Of a stretch of DNA of 64,000 nt, positions 9,201 to 19,315 are shown piece by piece. The notes beneath the pieces are model-generated. The model did not search any database. It saw only the letters and a list, made by a program, of their open reading frames with translations, and was not told the DNA's origin. Source of the stretch: a virus (lineage: Duplodnaviria; Caudoviricetes); IMG/VR virus record IMGVR_UViG_3300005512_000010, positions 1-64,000 of that record. One strand, given 5' to 3'. The position numbers were made by a program, and so were the translations under genes. Position 1 is the stretch's first letter, and each line of letters begins with the position of its first letter.

Positions 9201-9393
9201 CTACACTAACCCCGGTGGTTCGCAATACGATCTTACGGACTACTTCGCATATAATAAAGAGTATATTTCCTACCCTCTGACCGACGAGGTCGACATCCTT
9301 TGCGCCTACGCTATGTGGGAGTCTACATCGGCTAATTCTCAACCCAGTACCGAACTCTCAGTGGTCAACTCTCTCACTTGGGAGGAGCAGTAA
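6292..9393 (+). CDS. Large virion structural protein (paralogue A)
   Basis: SKRFFRYQPGR and MWKIDFSWYGAVG motifs are shared with the next gene. Start taken at ATG 6292. Confidence 0.7.
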   Translation: MANKQTIIGKTAPVPLGQQKATNSLPVVFAEDQPPIPVEEQNKIQSEVALSLLGIPRAEVALGIFADVNTYDVNPNEWSQFPLQNDPDTGTGINHLAKEAGAELVAAEGKTSILTSKRFFRYQPGRVSSSTMGVRMNRTRSTYTSSAIPLAPSEDKNIMKGAPTIKKWGIFDKFDGYYFEIINGGDKNDFRCIRRTQALTYSQPTGVESTPERWTAITGSTDGSNIANGNWGVVGEDPVIYRNGLCYVAAAIYDPSLCYAPADVAAIENGAALSGYTFDEGYAVRLAYRDDTGAFVEHLAGRQYQFPFDQRESNTFSDSDYESWKTNKEFLKPSPTNGGEYIRLDAHCKWEDIVTNLSRGGGTGFIDEISTDSDSVGPKIDASPGDARFGYDPEPNESNSGVKVWNLLVTVQGGTQITNGEFDNAFGADSHRIGAKEYDTASPDPGKRNVTLKEWFKICVPPQYRMVYEWRPVRAMFSNDQLNGVTNTVRWSDVSTANVDPSALGVKRPGDPVILDGQTLTDTSVYDVDFSKVTMWKIDFSWYGAVGALFLCYVPVANGEARWVRVHHMRASNQLDVASLGNATLPITYLTHAGPSNGLPDNGKSTLVKYGASYYIDGGDKGTVKLLSKSSDYAKSVAYGGIKTTVATAPASNYFSILSSVVPQAQKDQLIGSYLKNDTTMRVTWVENDDGANKVKLYFNQATSAFTNGDNIEIVVPRRQRAMVALRAKDEVTNTTGTLIRNRIQLYPIKYGIGVTQPDADTSSNVLTLNFIKNPLLITNNLDNSSLQQSYSIEIYSDSGATGNGFNLGSGIVPVEIVETNNITTSDYSALGTLMPTSGDYIHMYMRGIATSSIPIGGFPANPSVSEAPVLVRLFRKGNKFYIQNFSPKPEPFTVYGNMIPVRMYNFDVNGSLTLFTGDFNHTQYEDQKKWNETGNVGTFESIAELSGASVSQDFRLSPVADTGSTIFSIYTNPGGSQYDLTDYFAYNKEYISYPLTDEVDILCAYAMWESTSANSQPSTELSVVNSLTWEEQ

Positions 9394-9396
9394 GGA

Positions 9397-12300
9397 ATGG
9401 CTGGTAAAAATTCGATCAGGGCGGAGCAGACTCCTCCCCGGACTACTCGAATAACCGAGCAGATGGTCGACATTAGGGGTAATCCTTTAACGACTGAACA
9501 AGGTGCGCCACTAGTAAGCGAGAAGGACGCGTATAGGAGAAGTGAATACGGACAGAATACTTCTCCCAGCGTAGTTGTCGATTCCGACTCTTATAAGAAT
9601 GACGGCCTAAGTACAAAAAATGCTTTTAGCAGGGGAGACCCTGCTGCACTCCCCGTGGTCGAAGAGTTTGCTGAACAGAGCGAGGTGTCTCGATCGCTCC
9701 TTGGTATTAATAGGGAGACTACGCAGCAGGGTATATTCGGTAACGTATCGACCTACGGTCTCGACCCTAAAGATTGGAAGTTAGATAGTGCTGGGTTTAG
9801 AGATTTTGCATCTCTTCAATGGTGGACACGTAGACCTAGTTCTACAGGAAACTATTACTTCACCCGATTCGATGAGGACGAGAGAAACTCGGCCATCGTG
9901 CTGTCTTCTAGCCCAACACCTTTCCTACCTCCCCCTCGGCCAAGTATCACCGATCAGCTTATAAATCCTGGCCAAGCACAGGACTATGGAAACTGGGGCA
10001 GGTATATAAACTCCATTGTCGCCCTATATTTGTTCCGGCACATGGTGCGGAACTTCTCCCAAGCTCAGTGGGAAGAATTCAACCTGCTACCTACTCTCTC
10101 GAAATACCCTCCCATCGATAATGGTGACGGCACCTTTGAGTTTAACGAACTCTATTGGGATAAGCTATGGCTCGATATCCAACAACTCCGGTTCGGACGG
10201 ATAAGTAATTATCCAATCATCCCTAGCGGGAAAGCTTATAACTTCCTATCAGGTACTGAAATAGAAAATTGGAGGTCTACTTCGGGGCTATGGGGCAGCG
10301 CAAGTGTAATCATCGATGAATCTACTAACGTGCTACCTGTCAATCTCAGCGTTTCTTGGGACAGCTTTTTCTTCTCAACAACGAGGGTATATTATCCCGA
10401 AGGATTATCAGAAGACCGTGGACACTTTAGGATAAAGACTAATCCTACTGCAGAGATCTGGGAAAAGTATCACGGCCTCAGGTGGGATGAGATCAGAAGC
10501 GACCTTAAGGAGTGGGAATTTACTATCCACGAAAACGAGTCTACTGTTACCGACCTAGAGAAAGACCTAAAGTTACCATATTTCATCCTCGATACCCCTG
10601 TCGTACCCGACACCGATAACAATGTATTCTCCAACCTCTGGCCATCAGCCAGCTTTGGAGAACAGATTAATCTCCCTACAGATACTAATAGACCGGGTGG
10701 CCCTCAGGGTGTTAGAAGCGAAATCACTCTTAAGTCGATTAGGTCGTTTCGGTATCAACCGGGACGGATTAGCGGTTTTACTTACGGCGCCAAGGTAAGC
10801 GAGATTGGGGCTGGCCCAGGTACAGTCTTGGAGTTTGGTATTGAAAACGACACCGACGCTTACATGTTCCGTCTCACCAACGGATCCCTGTTCTCTGTAG
10901 TCAGACGTTCCATAGTCCCCCTAGAAGATACCCAATTCCTCAATGATGCTAACTATGCAGAGAATACTAGAACGGTAACTCGTAACGGTCAGGTTCAGTA
11001 CGAGACGGTTATCGAGCAGAAGATCATGAACGGTGATCCGCTTAGCGGCGAAGGTAAGACCGGGTATTTCCTAGACCCTGATACGGTTACCATGTACAAG
11101 ATTGAATTTGGCTGGTACGGAGCTATCGGGGCGAGATTCTATGCCTATATACCCGTAGAAAATGATCAGTGCAGGTGGGTAGTCCTGCATACCCTCGTTA
11201 TCGAGAATCAACTAGGACGACCTTGCCTAGGCGATCCCTTCTTCTACTTCAAGTATCGACTTTTAGTCCAAGATTCTTCAGCGATTCGTATAGACCAGTA
11301 TATCCATAAGTTCGGCGCTTCGTATTACATTGATGGATACGATGAGGGAACCCTATTCTCACTTAATGCTCAGTCTAAGGTAAATTATCTACCTAGCCCG
11401 GGATTCAGCGCTTCTAAGACACAGCTCAATGCTATTGACTGGAGGACTGTGATGGGTATTAAGCCTAGGCAGTTTTTGGTAAACAGGTTTGGCACTGAAA
11501 TTTATAATAAAAAAGAGATTTTTCCAGAAAACTTTAATGTCTACAGCCAGCAAGATTGTGAAGTAAAGATTGTTAGGCAGAAGGGCTGCCCAGAGTGGGC
11601 CTATAGCCATCAAGAGGGTTACTCTTGGACCGAATTACCGGAGAGCAGAAGACTTAAAGGAAAATTTACAATCGACCCCTACTTCCAACTAGATTCAGGC
11701 CCGTTGGGGATATCATCCTCCGACGCATCAACATTCTCTGCTGTAGCGGTGTATAACGTACCCTCTGCCGGTTCCTTTAGGGACCCCACAAACAGCGCTA
11801 ATTGGACTGTAATCGGTAACCAAGTCGTCCGAATCATAGGCGACGATCTTTTCGGACTTTTCCCATCTAATAAAGACTTTAGCACCGCACTATCTTTAAA
11901 ACTCCAAAGAGATGTGGAAGACCGAGCACAGTATCTATCTAGCCGTGAACCAAGCCCTAATTCGGATAATGTCTATCTCCCCTTCACTTACTCTCTCATA
12001 GATCCGTACACACAAGGCTACGATATAGAATTTGATTATTTCCGCCGCGACCAAATACTTCTTAGCAGCATAGATATCCTGAGCGATGAGTTCTTTATCT
12101 TCTGGGTCGGTGGTGATCTGGACGGACTAGAGGGACCCCATAGCAGTTCTTTTAGGGTAGGGTTTGCATGGCCGAGCGTGTCAAGTAAAACGATAGAAGA
12201 GTATGCTGACTTCGATTCATTCCCTGACTCCGGAAACACCAGCACACTGTACCTCGATCAGAGTAAAAACACTTATTATGATTGGAACGGCACGGAAACG

Positions 12301-13488
12301 GAATACGTGGCGACTCTATACGCCACTGCTACATCTCCTGACTGGGGCATAGAAGCTAACGCTAACTACGACGGCCTCACCTTCGCTGACGGCTTGCCCT
12401 ACGATTTTGCCTTCGACTACCCTGACAACACCTTGTACGTCGAAAGCAGCCCGTTAGTAGCAACTAATACTTATAACCTAGAATCGGGTGAATTTGGAAA
12501 CTACGAAGATATCAGCGAATTCGGAGGAGACGATCGACTCAATGTGCCCGGCACTGATGGCGGACGTTGTCGCGGAGTATTCTGCAAAGCAGGTAGAGAG
12601 CTTAGAGAGGGCGTTGAAATCGCCTCCGAAAAAGATGATGACGGCAACGATATATTCTATGTAAGCGACCTCAATTCTCCCTGGCCCAACTTAGGTGAAG
12701 AGAATTACACCGTTACTATTGTGCAAGGTAGCACTACGGTTAATGTGTCGACTTCCGGAGGACAAACATTGACAGTTGGCGACGCCACTTTCTATGTACT
12801 ACCGATCTCTACTGGAACCCTGCCAGGGGGGTTGAGCTTAGGAGCTGTAACAGTCTATTATAACATAGTCTACATAGCTAGAATGAATAAGAGATTAGAA
12901 CCTGAAGCTATTCTTGTCTCCGATATTGCACCGGGCAATGTACCGTTCATTAGAGCTTTTATTCAAGGACGGCAGGGGGCTAGCATTGGCGGAATGTGGA
13001 TAGGGCAGAAAACACCTAACGGTATCGATGTCAAGCCATTCACCCCCCACAGGAGTACAGTGTCCATCAACGACACTGGAGATACTGAGACTAATGGTAA
13101 TGGCGGACCGGTTAAAGTGATTAAAACCTTTACCCATATAGATAGTCAAGGTGTCTCCACTGCACCGACTAAATCAGTAAACGAATCCCCTAAAAAGTGT
13201 GGTAGTTTTCTCTCCCCTGGCGGAGTCAATTCAGCGGGTATTTTCACCCCCTCAGACTATCCGATTCGCTGGTTGACCAGCAATGGGGGTACTCCTTTGG
13301 CGACATATTACGTCTCCGCTAATACCCCGACATCAATTGATCTTAATACGATCTTTAACGTGTCTGCAGAGAGTATTGTGAATGAGGACGACGGTAATCT
13401 GGCTACATTCTTCATAGCTCGATCTCTTGGTAATCACGATGAAACAGAGAACGAGATCTATGTGTCGCTGAACTACAGCGAACAGTAA
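9397..13488 (+). CDS. Large virion structural protein (paralogue B)
   Basis: SIRSFRYQPGR, MYKIEFGWYGAIG and QSEVSRSLLGI align with the preceding gene. AAGGA RBS. Confidence 0.7.
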   Translation: MAGKNSIRAEQTPPRTTRITEQMVDIRGNPLTTEQGAPLVSEKDAYRRSEYGQNTSPSVVVDSDSYKNDGLSTKNAFSRGDPAALPVVEEFAEQSEVSRSLLGINRETTQQGIFGNVSTYGLDPKDWKLDSAGFRDFASLQWWTRRPSSTGNYYFTRFDEDERNSAIVLSSSPTPFLPPPRPSITDQLINPGQAQDYGNWGRYINSIVALYLFRHMVRNFSQAQWEEFNLLPTLSKYPPIDNGDGTFEFNELYWDKLWLDIQQLRFGRISNYPIIPSGKAYNFLSGTEIENWRSTSGLWGSASVIIDESTNVLPVNLSVSWDSFFFSTTRVYYPEGLSEDRGHFRIKTNPTAEIWEKYHGLRWDEIRSDLKEWEFTIHENESTVTDLEKDLKLPYFILDTPVVPDTDNNVFSNLWPSASFGEQINLPTDTNRPGGPQGVRSEITLKSIRSFRYQPGRISGFTYGAKVSEIGAGPGTVLEFGIENDTDAYMFRLTNGSLFSVVRRSIVPLEDTQFLNDANYAENTRTVTRNGQVQYETVIEQKIMNGDPLSGEGKTGYFLDPDTVTMYKIEFGWYGAIGARFYAYIPVENDQCRWVVLHTLVIENQLGRPCLGDPFFYFKYRLLVQDSSAIRIDQYIHKFGASYYIDGYDEGTLFSLNAQSKVNYLPSPGFSASKTQLNAIDWRTVMGIKPRQFLVNRFGTEIYNKKEIFPENFNVYSQQDCEVKIVRQKGCPEWAYSHQEGYSWTELPESRRLKGKFTIDPYFQLDSGPLGISSSDASTFSAVAVYNVPSAGSFRDPTNSANWTVIGNQVVRIIGDDLFGLFPSNKDFSTALSLKLQRDVEDRAQYLSSREPSPNSDNVYLPFTYSLIDPYTQGYDIEFDYFRRDQILLSSIDILSDEFFIFWVGGDLDGLEGPHSSSFRVGFAWPSVSSKTIEEYADFDSFPDSGNTSTLYLDQSKNTYYDWNGTETEYVATLYATATSPDWGIEANANYDGLTFADGLPYDFAFDYPDNTLYVESSPLVATNTYNLESGEFGNYEDISEFGGDDRLNVPGTDGGRCRGVFCKAGRELREGVEIASEKDDDGNDIFYVSDLNSPWPNLGEENYTVTIVQGSTTVNVSTSGGQTLTVGDATFYVLPISTGTLPGGLSLGAVTVYYNIVYIARMNKRLEPEAILVSDIAPGNVPFIRAFIQGRQGASIGGMWIGQKTPNGIDVKPFTPHRSTVSINDTGDTETNGNGGPVKVIKTFTHIDSQGVSTAPTKSVNESPKKCGSFLSPGGVNSAGIFTPSDYPIRWLTSNGGTPLATYYVSANTPTSIDLNTIFNVSAESIVNEDDGNLATFFIARSLGNHDETENEIYVSLNYSEQ

Positions 13489-13492
13489 TCTC

Positions 13493-13506
13493 GTTGAAAG
13501 CTAAGT
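13493..13506 (+). promoter_or_regulatory. Conserved phage promoter motif
   Basis: GTTGAAAGCTAAGT, 29 nt before ATG 13522. Confidence 0.8.
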
Positions 13507-13521
13507 AGTAATAGCGCAGAC

Positions 13522-16500
13522 ATGAGCGAGACGGTTTTTCAAGGATTTGGTCAGTTTTCTCGTCCCGATATCGGGTTGATATCTGATAGTTTTTCAAACC
13601 TAAGCGAGATCTTTCAATCCGACAAGAGAGATGCGCTTAGAAATATTCTTATTCAGCCGGAAACTCTCGACCTCATAAGAGGGTTGTATGAAGATATCTC
13701 TAGAGAAGACCTAAGGTCCGCATCGGGTTTAGACCGGCTCCTATTGCCCTCCCTTAACCAGCTTAGTGAAGTCTTTTTAGATCGGATACCTACCCGGTTA
13801 TATGTTAACAAGGACTACTATAATCCAGAGTACACATTGGGCAGTGTAGGGTCCTCTCAAGTAAAGACCGATAACATCCTGATATTTAATGGTTCTATAC
13901 AATGCCAAGGAGCAACGTATAGAGAGAAAGCTTTAGATACTAATAGCAGTATATTTAGCACTAGTGTTAACCGTAAGGTTGCTATGTCAACGTCTCGAGC
14001 CAGTCTGTTTAACGCTGAGCAAGGGACAGGAGTTAATGTGGGCTGGTTTGCTAGCGCTAGCTATTCCGGAGGCATAAGGGTACGTAGACGCTCTCATGTC
14101 AACAGAGTCTTTTTACCCAAGACTAGTTTTCTCAAAAAATCAGAGATTTTAGAAAACCCTACCCACGCTATAACACTTAACGTTGACAATGGGGACACTG
14201 GGACAACAGAATCGGTTAAGTTGTTATCCACAAAAAATACCCCGTTGCGTATATTTTGCCGGATGGCTGAAGGTAACATTAAACTATACTTCACTGACTC
14301 TGCTGCCCCTTATTTCTATGGTTTTCAAATCCAACCCGCTCAACAACGACCAAACTCAGTGCCAGTAGATTTCTTACCAGTCGAGCAGGTTACCCAGAAT
14401 ACGGGTTCTCTTGGACCATTTGACGTCCCCATTGATATTACAACTACCGGTTTTCAGAATCTTTACGATTTATATCTCTACTTATACGTTAATCCGCAGA
14501 GAGTTAGGGGGATAGAGTTTTCAGGGATAGATATCAAAGAGTTTCCAGACCAGAAAGATATGGGTTTAGTGGGATTTGATAACCTGGCTATCTTTAAGGT
14601 ATCAGGAGGATCGATGACTATCCTACCCTTGTGGTTAAAAACTCTAGACGACAAGCTAGAAATCCTGGACCTAGCCGACTCAGGGGATAGGTGGCGCAAT
14701 GGCCCCATGGGCTGGTTCGATATTAGGAATTCTTCTGCGACTGTTAATAATATCTCTGGTACGGGGCAAAATCCCCTGTACACCGTAGTTAGCTATCTTA
14801 CCGTACCCAAGTCCGGTTCCTTCCTTAACGAAGATGGAGACGATTGGAACGACTCTCTGTTCGAAGATTATATAAAAGACGCTGCGGGGAGAGTCTCAAG
14901 TGTTGACAACCCAAGTTCCTATGATTACAGGGTGTTTTCAGCGCTTAAAACTCTAAACCTGGGTGATAGATTTTACGGGTACAGCCCTCGTCTCGACGAC
15001 GTATTCCCCAACCTCAGAGAATTGTCTTGGAGACAAGATGGCGATAGAAATTATCGCATACTCTGGGGTAGTTTGCCTAAGATAAACAATAACGGGAATA
15101 TTTTATCATACGACATCTTTGGTTCTCGGGCTTCAGGTTCTATTACTGATATCGGCACCTCAACCATCGTAACTAATAATACGGTGAACGGGGGCTGCTA
15201 TGTTTCCTACTATAAATTTAGATCGTTTAACGTTGCCGGGAGATATGGAGCAGCACATAGTATTACTGGCTTTATTAACAACCCTGACGACAGCTCTAAC
15301 TGGTCTGTTTGGAGATCTAATACCCAAAGCATTAATATACGTTGGACGCAAGTCTCTATCGATTTGCAGTCCGGAGAGTGGACTAGCTTGACTTCGCTAA
15401 ACTCTGGATACTGCGGAGGAGCAAAATTCAGTGCTGCTACGGGCAGTGAAACTAATCCCCTAAAGGTACCTAAATTGGGGAGGTTGGACCTCTACGGATC
15501 CAGTACAGACGGTCCTATGGCCTCTTTGGGTACCGTAAACGATACTAAACAACTTACTACGATCAACATAGGTGCTTGTAATGGGATCGACCCAGTGACA
15601 GAGAATGGGATAGACTTTTTGCTACCATCTAACTTCGCACCAAGTCGGTCGGAGGGAGATGACCATAAGCTTGTCAACTTTTATATTAATAACTTTAGTA
15701 ATAGTTACAGGTTTAGGAAGAACGACTTAGAGAATCTATACGAGCTTGTTAGGTTAGAGACTGAAAGGGATAACACTTCTTCCACATCTTTAACAGGCCG
15801 CTTCCCAATATTCCCCCTCAAAAGATTTAAAGAGACGGAGACTAAATCAATTAATATCTCAATAGAGAGATCAAATTTCTACGACTTATCAAATCTCTCT
15901 GTGTCCGATACGGACTATTATTTCTCCAGGGATATAAAAAATATTACCGCCTTTTCACAAAACACATCGGGCAGGGGGTCCATTCTACCCTCCTTCGAAG
16001 GTAGCTCTGTAAGTCAGGTAGAATATATCGATATAGGAAACTCTTTGCCCAGCACCTATCCGAGTGACTGGTCAGTGTCTTCTCTGCGAGATGCTTGTAT
16101 CTTCGATTCCGACTCCCCCACTACGATCAGCGGTTTATCTTTATCCACCCTGACGCCCTCTTCGACCGATGAGGAAGATGACAAGGTGCACAAATTAACA
16201 GGTGGCACTGCGCTTAAGCAAAAGGTTATGGTTAATGATCTGGTAAAAAATGCAAGCGGGGACACTTTAGCCACTGTGATGTCAGTGTCCGACACGGAAA
16301 TTATTATCACTAACTCTATACCAGGTTCTCTGCCTAGCACTCTGTATTTTCACAGACAAACTGTAGATATTTCAGGCTGGTTTAATAGCGGATTTTCTGA
16401 ACTTAAACAATTTAGAGCTGCAAATTGCCGACTATCTGGTACACTGTCTATCCTGCCTGATACCGAAACGACCAACATCGGTTTCTCTAAAGTCGTCGAT

Positions 16501-17217
16501 ACTACCTACGCTGCTATTATGCTACAAAATAACCTGCTGTCCAGTTATTCTAGCGGCACTCTGGGTAAAATATTTAGCGGGAATAATAGAAAAATTACGG
16601 TAGACCTCTCTAATAATAACTTCCCGATAACCGTTATAAAGGTTATCATCAACGAAGTAGTATCTCTCGATTCGAGTACAAGTTTTAATAACTGCCTCGT
16701 TAAATTAGCTGGCAACAAGTTAGATGGGAACAACAAGTATAGTAACTATACCCAAAATGAGATATTCCCAACTACAACATCACCCGGTCCGGATGTTGTT
16801 GTTGCGTTATTTAGAAACGAACAGTTCGAAGTCTTTAATGAGGTAGAAATAACTACTGAAGCAGGGTTACCCATAAAAACATATGTCTCACAAGGTAATC
16901 AGAGCTTGTCTGTTCCGGGACAATTAGAGTCAGGAACTTACTACAAGACTAAAAAAACAGAGACTCAGGTTTCTACTGAGGATTCTTTGGGTCCACAGTT
17001 TAAAAATCTTTCAGGTATCAAAGTAGATTTAGGGTTTACTTACATCTCTCCTAGTACCTCTCCAATACCCGTCTCAGTGGAATTCCTTAACTCCACCACT
17101 AGAGACGCTTCTATCACGGAAACTGGATTAAACGCTTTGGCCTCCTGTCCAGGAACTGTCGGTTCTGGCTCTTGCTGGAAAAATAACCAGAATCAAGTTC
17201 TAAAACTAATCACCTAA
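13522..17217 (+). CDS. Large leucine-rich-repeat-like protein, probably tail-associated
   Basis: LxxLxL-type repeats: KLEILDLAD, ALKTLNLGD, NLRELSW, KLGRLDLYG, QLTTINIG, ELKQFRAANCRLSG, VDLSNNNF, VKLAGNKLD. Confidence 0.65.
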   Translation: MSETVFQGFGQFSRPDIGLISDSFSNLSEIFQSDKRDALRNILIQPETLDLIRGLYEDISREDLRSASGLDRLLLPSLNQLSEVFLDRIPTRLYVNKDYYNPEYTLGSVGSSQVKTDNILIFNGSIQCQGATYREKALDTNSSIFSTSVNRKVAMSTSRASLFNAEQGTGVNVGWFASASYSGGIRVRRRSHVNRVFLPKTSFLKKSEILENPTHAITLNVDNGDTGTTESVKLLSTKNTPLRIFCRMAEGNIKLYFTDSAAPYFYGFQIQPAQQRPNSVPVDFLPVEQVTQNTGSLGPFDVPIDITTTGFQNLYDLYLYLYVNPQRVRGIEFSGIDIKEFPDQKDMGLVGFDNLAIFKVSGGSMTILPLWLKTLDDKLEILDLADSGDRWRNGPMGWFDIRNSSATVNNISGTGQNPLYTVVSYLTVPKSGSFLNEDGDDWNDSLFEDYIKDAAGRVSSVDNPSSYDYRVFSALKTLNLGDRFYGYSPRLDDVFPNLRELSWRQDGDRNYRILWGSLPKINNNGNILSYDIFGSRASGSITDIGTSTIVTNNTVNGGCYVSYYKFRSFNVAGRYGAAHSITGFINNPDDSSNWSVWRSNTQSINIRWTQVSIDLQSGEWTSLTSLNSGYCGGAKFSAATGSETNPLKVPKLGRLDLYGSSTDGPMASLGTVNDTKQLTTINIGACNGIDPVTENGIDFLLPSNFAPSRSEGDDHKLVNFYINNFSNSYRFRKNDLENLYELVRLETERDNTSSTSLTGRFPIFPLKRFKETETKSINISIERSNFYDLSNLSVSDTDYYFSRDIKNITAFSQNTSGRGSILPSFEGSSVSQVEYIDIGNSLPSTYPSDWSVSSLRDACIFDSDSPTTISGLSLSTLTPSSTDEEDDKVHKLTGGTALKQKVMVNDLVKNASGDTLATVMSVSDTEIIITNSIPGSLPSTLYFHRQTVDISGWFNSGFSELKQFRAANCRLSGTLSILPDTETTNIGFSKVVDTTYAAIMLQNNLLSSYSSGTLGKIFSGNNRKITVDLSNNNFPITVIKVIINEVVSLDSSTSFNNCLVKLAGNKLDGNNKYSNYTQNEIFPTTTSPGPDVVVALFRNEQFEVFNEVEITTEAGLPIKTYVSQGNQSLSVPGQLESGTYYKTKKTETQVSTEDSLGPQFKNLSGIKVDLGFTYISPSTSPIPVSVEFLNSTTRDASITETGLNALASCPGTVGSGSCWKNNQNQVLKLIT

Positions 17218-17221
17218 AACT

Positions 17222-19315
17222 ATGGCTGCTGGATTATTTACTGGATTTAACCTGTCAGAAGAGGGTCTCAACGCTACTGATGCCCTACAAAAACTCTATG
17301 CCCCCCAGGTCCAACAAGACCTGCTCCTTTTCGCTTTCTCTAATCGACTAGAATCGATTATATACTCTGCTAGCACGGAGTCTTCTAATCAGATCTACGG
17401 CCTTATAAACGACCCCATCACCGATGCTCAGGGCAATGTTATTTTGCGAACAAAAATACTTACCCAGGGGCAACCTAGTGGCGATGAAAGTTCGCTTCAA
17501 GAGGTTTATACTTTCTCCGATAACAATCTAGTCTGGTTCGACAAGGTACCTTCTGGTCTAGAGTCATCGGTAAAAGTATCTGTAAACGGATCTATAGTAA
17601 ATGTTTCTGTACTAGGTACCGGAGAAAATTATAAAATCCTAGACTTAGATGGAAATGAAATAACTCTTCCCGCTCAGATAGATGTTAGAGTAAGAGGTGA
17701 AGAGTCAGGATCGGATAGCGGCAGGGTAAAAATTACTGTCTCCCAGGATGGCTCGATAGACAGATCAGTCGGTGTGGTAGTCGTAACCCCGGGCACGGGG
17801 TATATAGACCAAGAACCTTTGGAGATAATCCCTGGCTGCGGTGGAGATGATATCCCTTCGGAAGATGGATGTCTACTATACACCGAGGACGCCACTAGAT
17901 CAGGTGGTACTTACAGCCAATCTGGCAACACGGTCACTGTTACCCTAAGCGACCATGGCTTGTCTGATGACGACCAAGTGTCTCTAGACTTCACATCGGG
18001 GGAGTCTACTGACCTGACTTCGACGGTTACTGTCACCGACAGCAATACGTTTACCGTTCAGTCCAGTCAGAATATAAGTACTTCTGGTAGTGTAAAGGTA
18101 ACAATACCAAACTGCTCGCTAGTTCAAGATCCCTATGTGTCGGGGAAACCTTCGGTAAAGGCATTACTAAAGAATGAGAGATATACCTATAGGGTTAGAT
18201 TTTCTGGAAACAATGGGTTCTTTCTCTACGACGATAGAGTATCAGAATATCTGTATCTCGGAACATCTTACGACTCTCTACAGTTAATACCTGCTCAAGA
18301 AGAACCGTCTATGATCATTAGAAGGAGAGATGAAATCTCCTCTAGAAATCTATCTCAACTCTACAACTTAGACGGATCATCTAGTTTCTTTTCTTACTCC
18401 GATAACTATGCCACAGGGGAGAGTGTTGGAAATACTATACGGGGCTTATCAGACTCCGTGGAAGAACTGAAGGACGGGTTTAAGTATTTCGTACAGAATG
18501 TAAGGTTACCTTCGGAATCTTTAAATAATCTCGGCACGAGTTACAATATCATCGAGGGGAGAAATATAAATACTAACCATCGAATTGTCTTTAGAGATCC
18601 CGATAGTGTTCTTGATCAACCACTGTTTGAAGATAGCTCGGCCACTTATTCCCAATCAGGTACGACGATAACCGTGTCTTCAACTGGCCATGGACTGTCT
18701 GCTGGAGAAAAGGTAAACCTTTTCTTCTCTACTGGTACAGCGACAGATGGTAGATATGAAATAGCTACTGATTCTACCGATGAGTTCACGGTCACATCGG
18801 GACAAAGTGCCACCACCTCCGGCGATGTTACAGTTCGGCAAGGAGTTAACTTTTTCGAACTAAGCTCTCTTACTGGAGTCGGGCAGACTACATACTTCGG
18901 GCAGAATATACCAGGCATATGGTTATGGTCGGGGGATAAATACCGTAGAGTATTTAGTAGTGACGATAAGCCGTTTATGAGTCGTAATGGTAAGCAGTAT
19001 CTAAGCCCAGCTATTTACGATATAAGTGGGAGCCTAATAGCAGCGAGTGATTATCGTTATAGCATAAGCACGGCTTACTACAAGCCCGGAGAACCCACTG
19101 ATTTCCCCTATATCAAAGGGTTTAATACGACTCTATCTACTCTCGTACAAAATATAACCCCTAGCACCGACCCTGACAACGGTGGATTTGTTTTTCACAG
19201 GACTCTAACTACGGAGACAATAAAGACTGCGGTCGACTACACAGTGACATCTTGGCCACTATTCTCCTATCTAGATGGCAACGCGGTCAAAGACGCTAAA
19301 TTCCTAGCTATCTAG
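17222..19315 (+). CDS. Tail/baseplate structural protein with two FCCH-like beta-barrel repeats
   Basis: Two copies of TYSQSG-x-TV/ITV-xx-xxHGL-x(4)-V-x-L-x-F-x-SG/TG...FTV. Confidence 0.65.
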   Translation: MAAGLFTGFNLSEEGLNATDALQKLYAPQVQQDLLLFAFSNRLESIIYSASTESSNQIYGLINDPITDAQGNVILRTKILTQGQPSGDESSLQEVYTFSDNNLVWFDKVPSGLESSVKVSVNGSIVNVSVLGTGENYKILDLDGNEITLPAQIDVRVRGEESGSDSGRVKITVSQDGSIDRSVGVVVVTPGTGYIDQEPLEIIPGCGGDDIPSEDGCLLYTEDATRSGGTYSQSGNTVTVTLSDHGLSDDDQVSLDFTSGESTDLTSTVTVTDSNTFTVQSSQNISTSGSVKVTIPNCSLVQDPYVSGKPSVKALLKNERYTYRVRFSGNNGFFLYDDRVSEYLYLGTSYDSLQLIPAQEEPSMIIRRRDEISSRNLSQLYNLDGSSSFFSYSDNYATGESVGNTIRGLSDSVEELKDGFKYFVQNVRLPSESLNNLGTSYNIIEGRNINTNHRIVFRDPDSVLDQPLFEDSSATYSQSGTTITVSSTGHGLSAGEKVNLFFSTGTATDGRYEIATDSTDEFTVTSGQSATTSGDVTVRQGVNFFELSSLTGVGQTTYFGQNIPGIWLWSGDKYRRVFSSDDKPFMSRNGKQYLSPAIYDISGSLIAASDYRYSISTAYYKPGEPTDFPYIKGFNTTLSTLVQNITPSTDPDNGGFVFHRTLTTETIKTAVDYTVTSWPLFSYLDGNAVKDAKFLAI

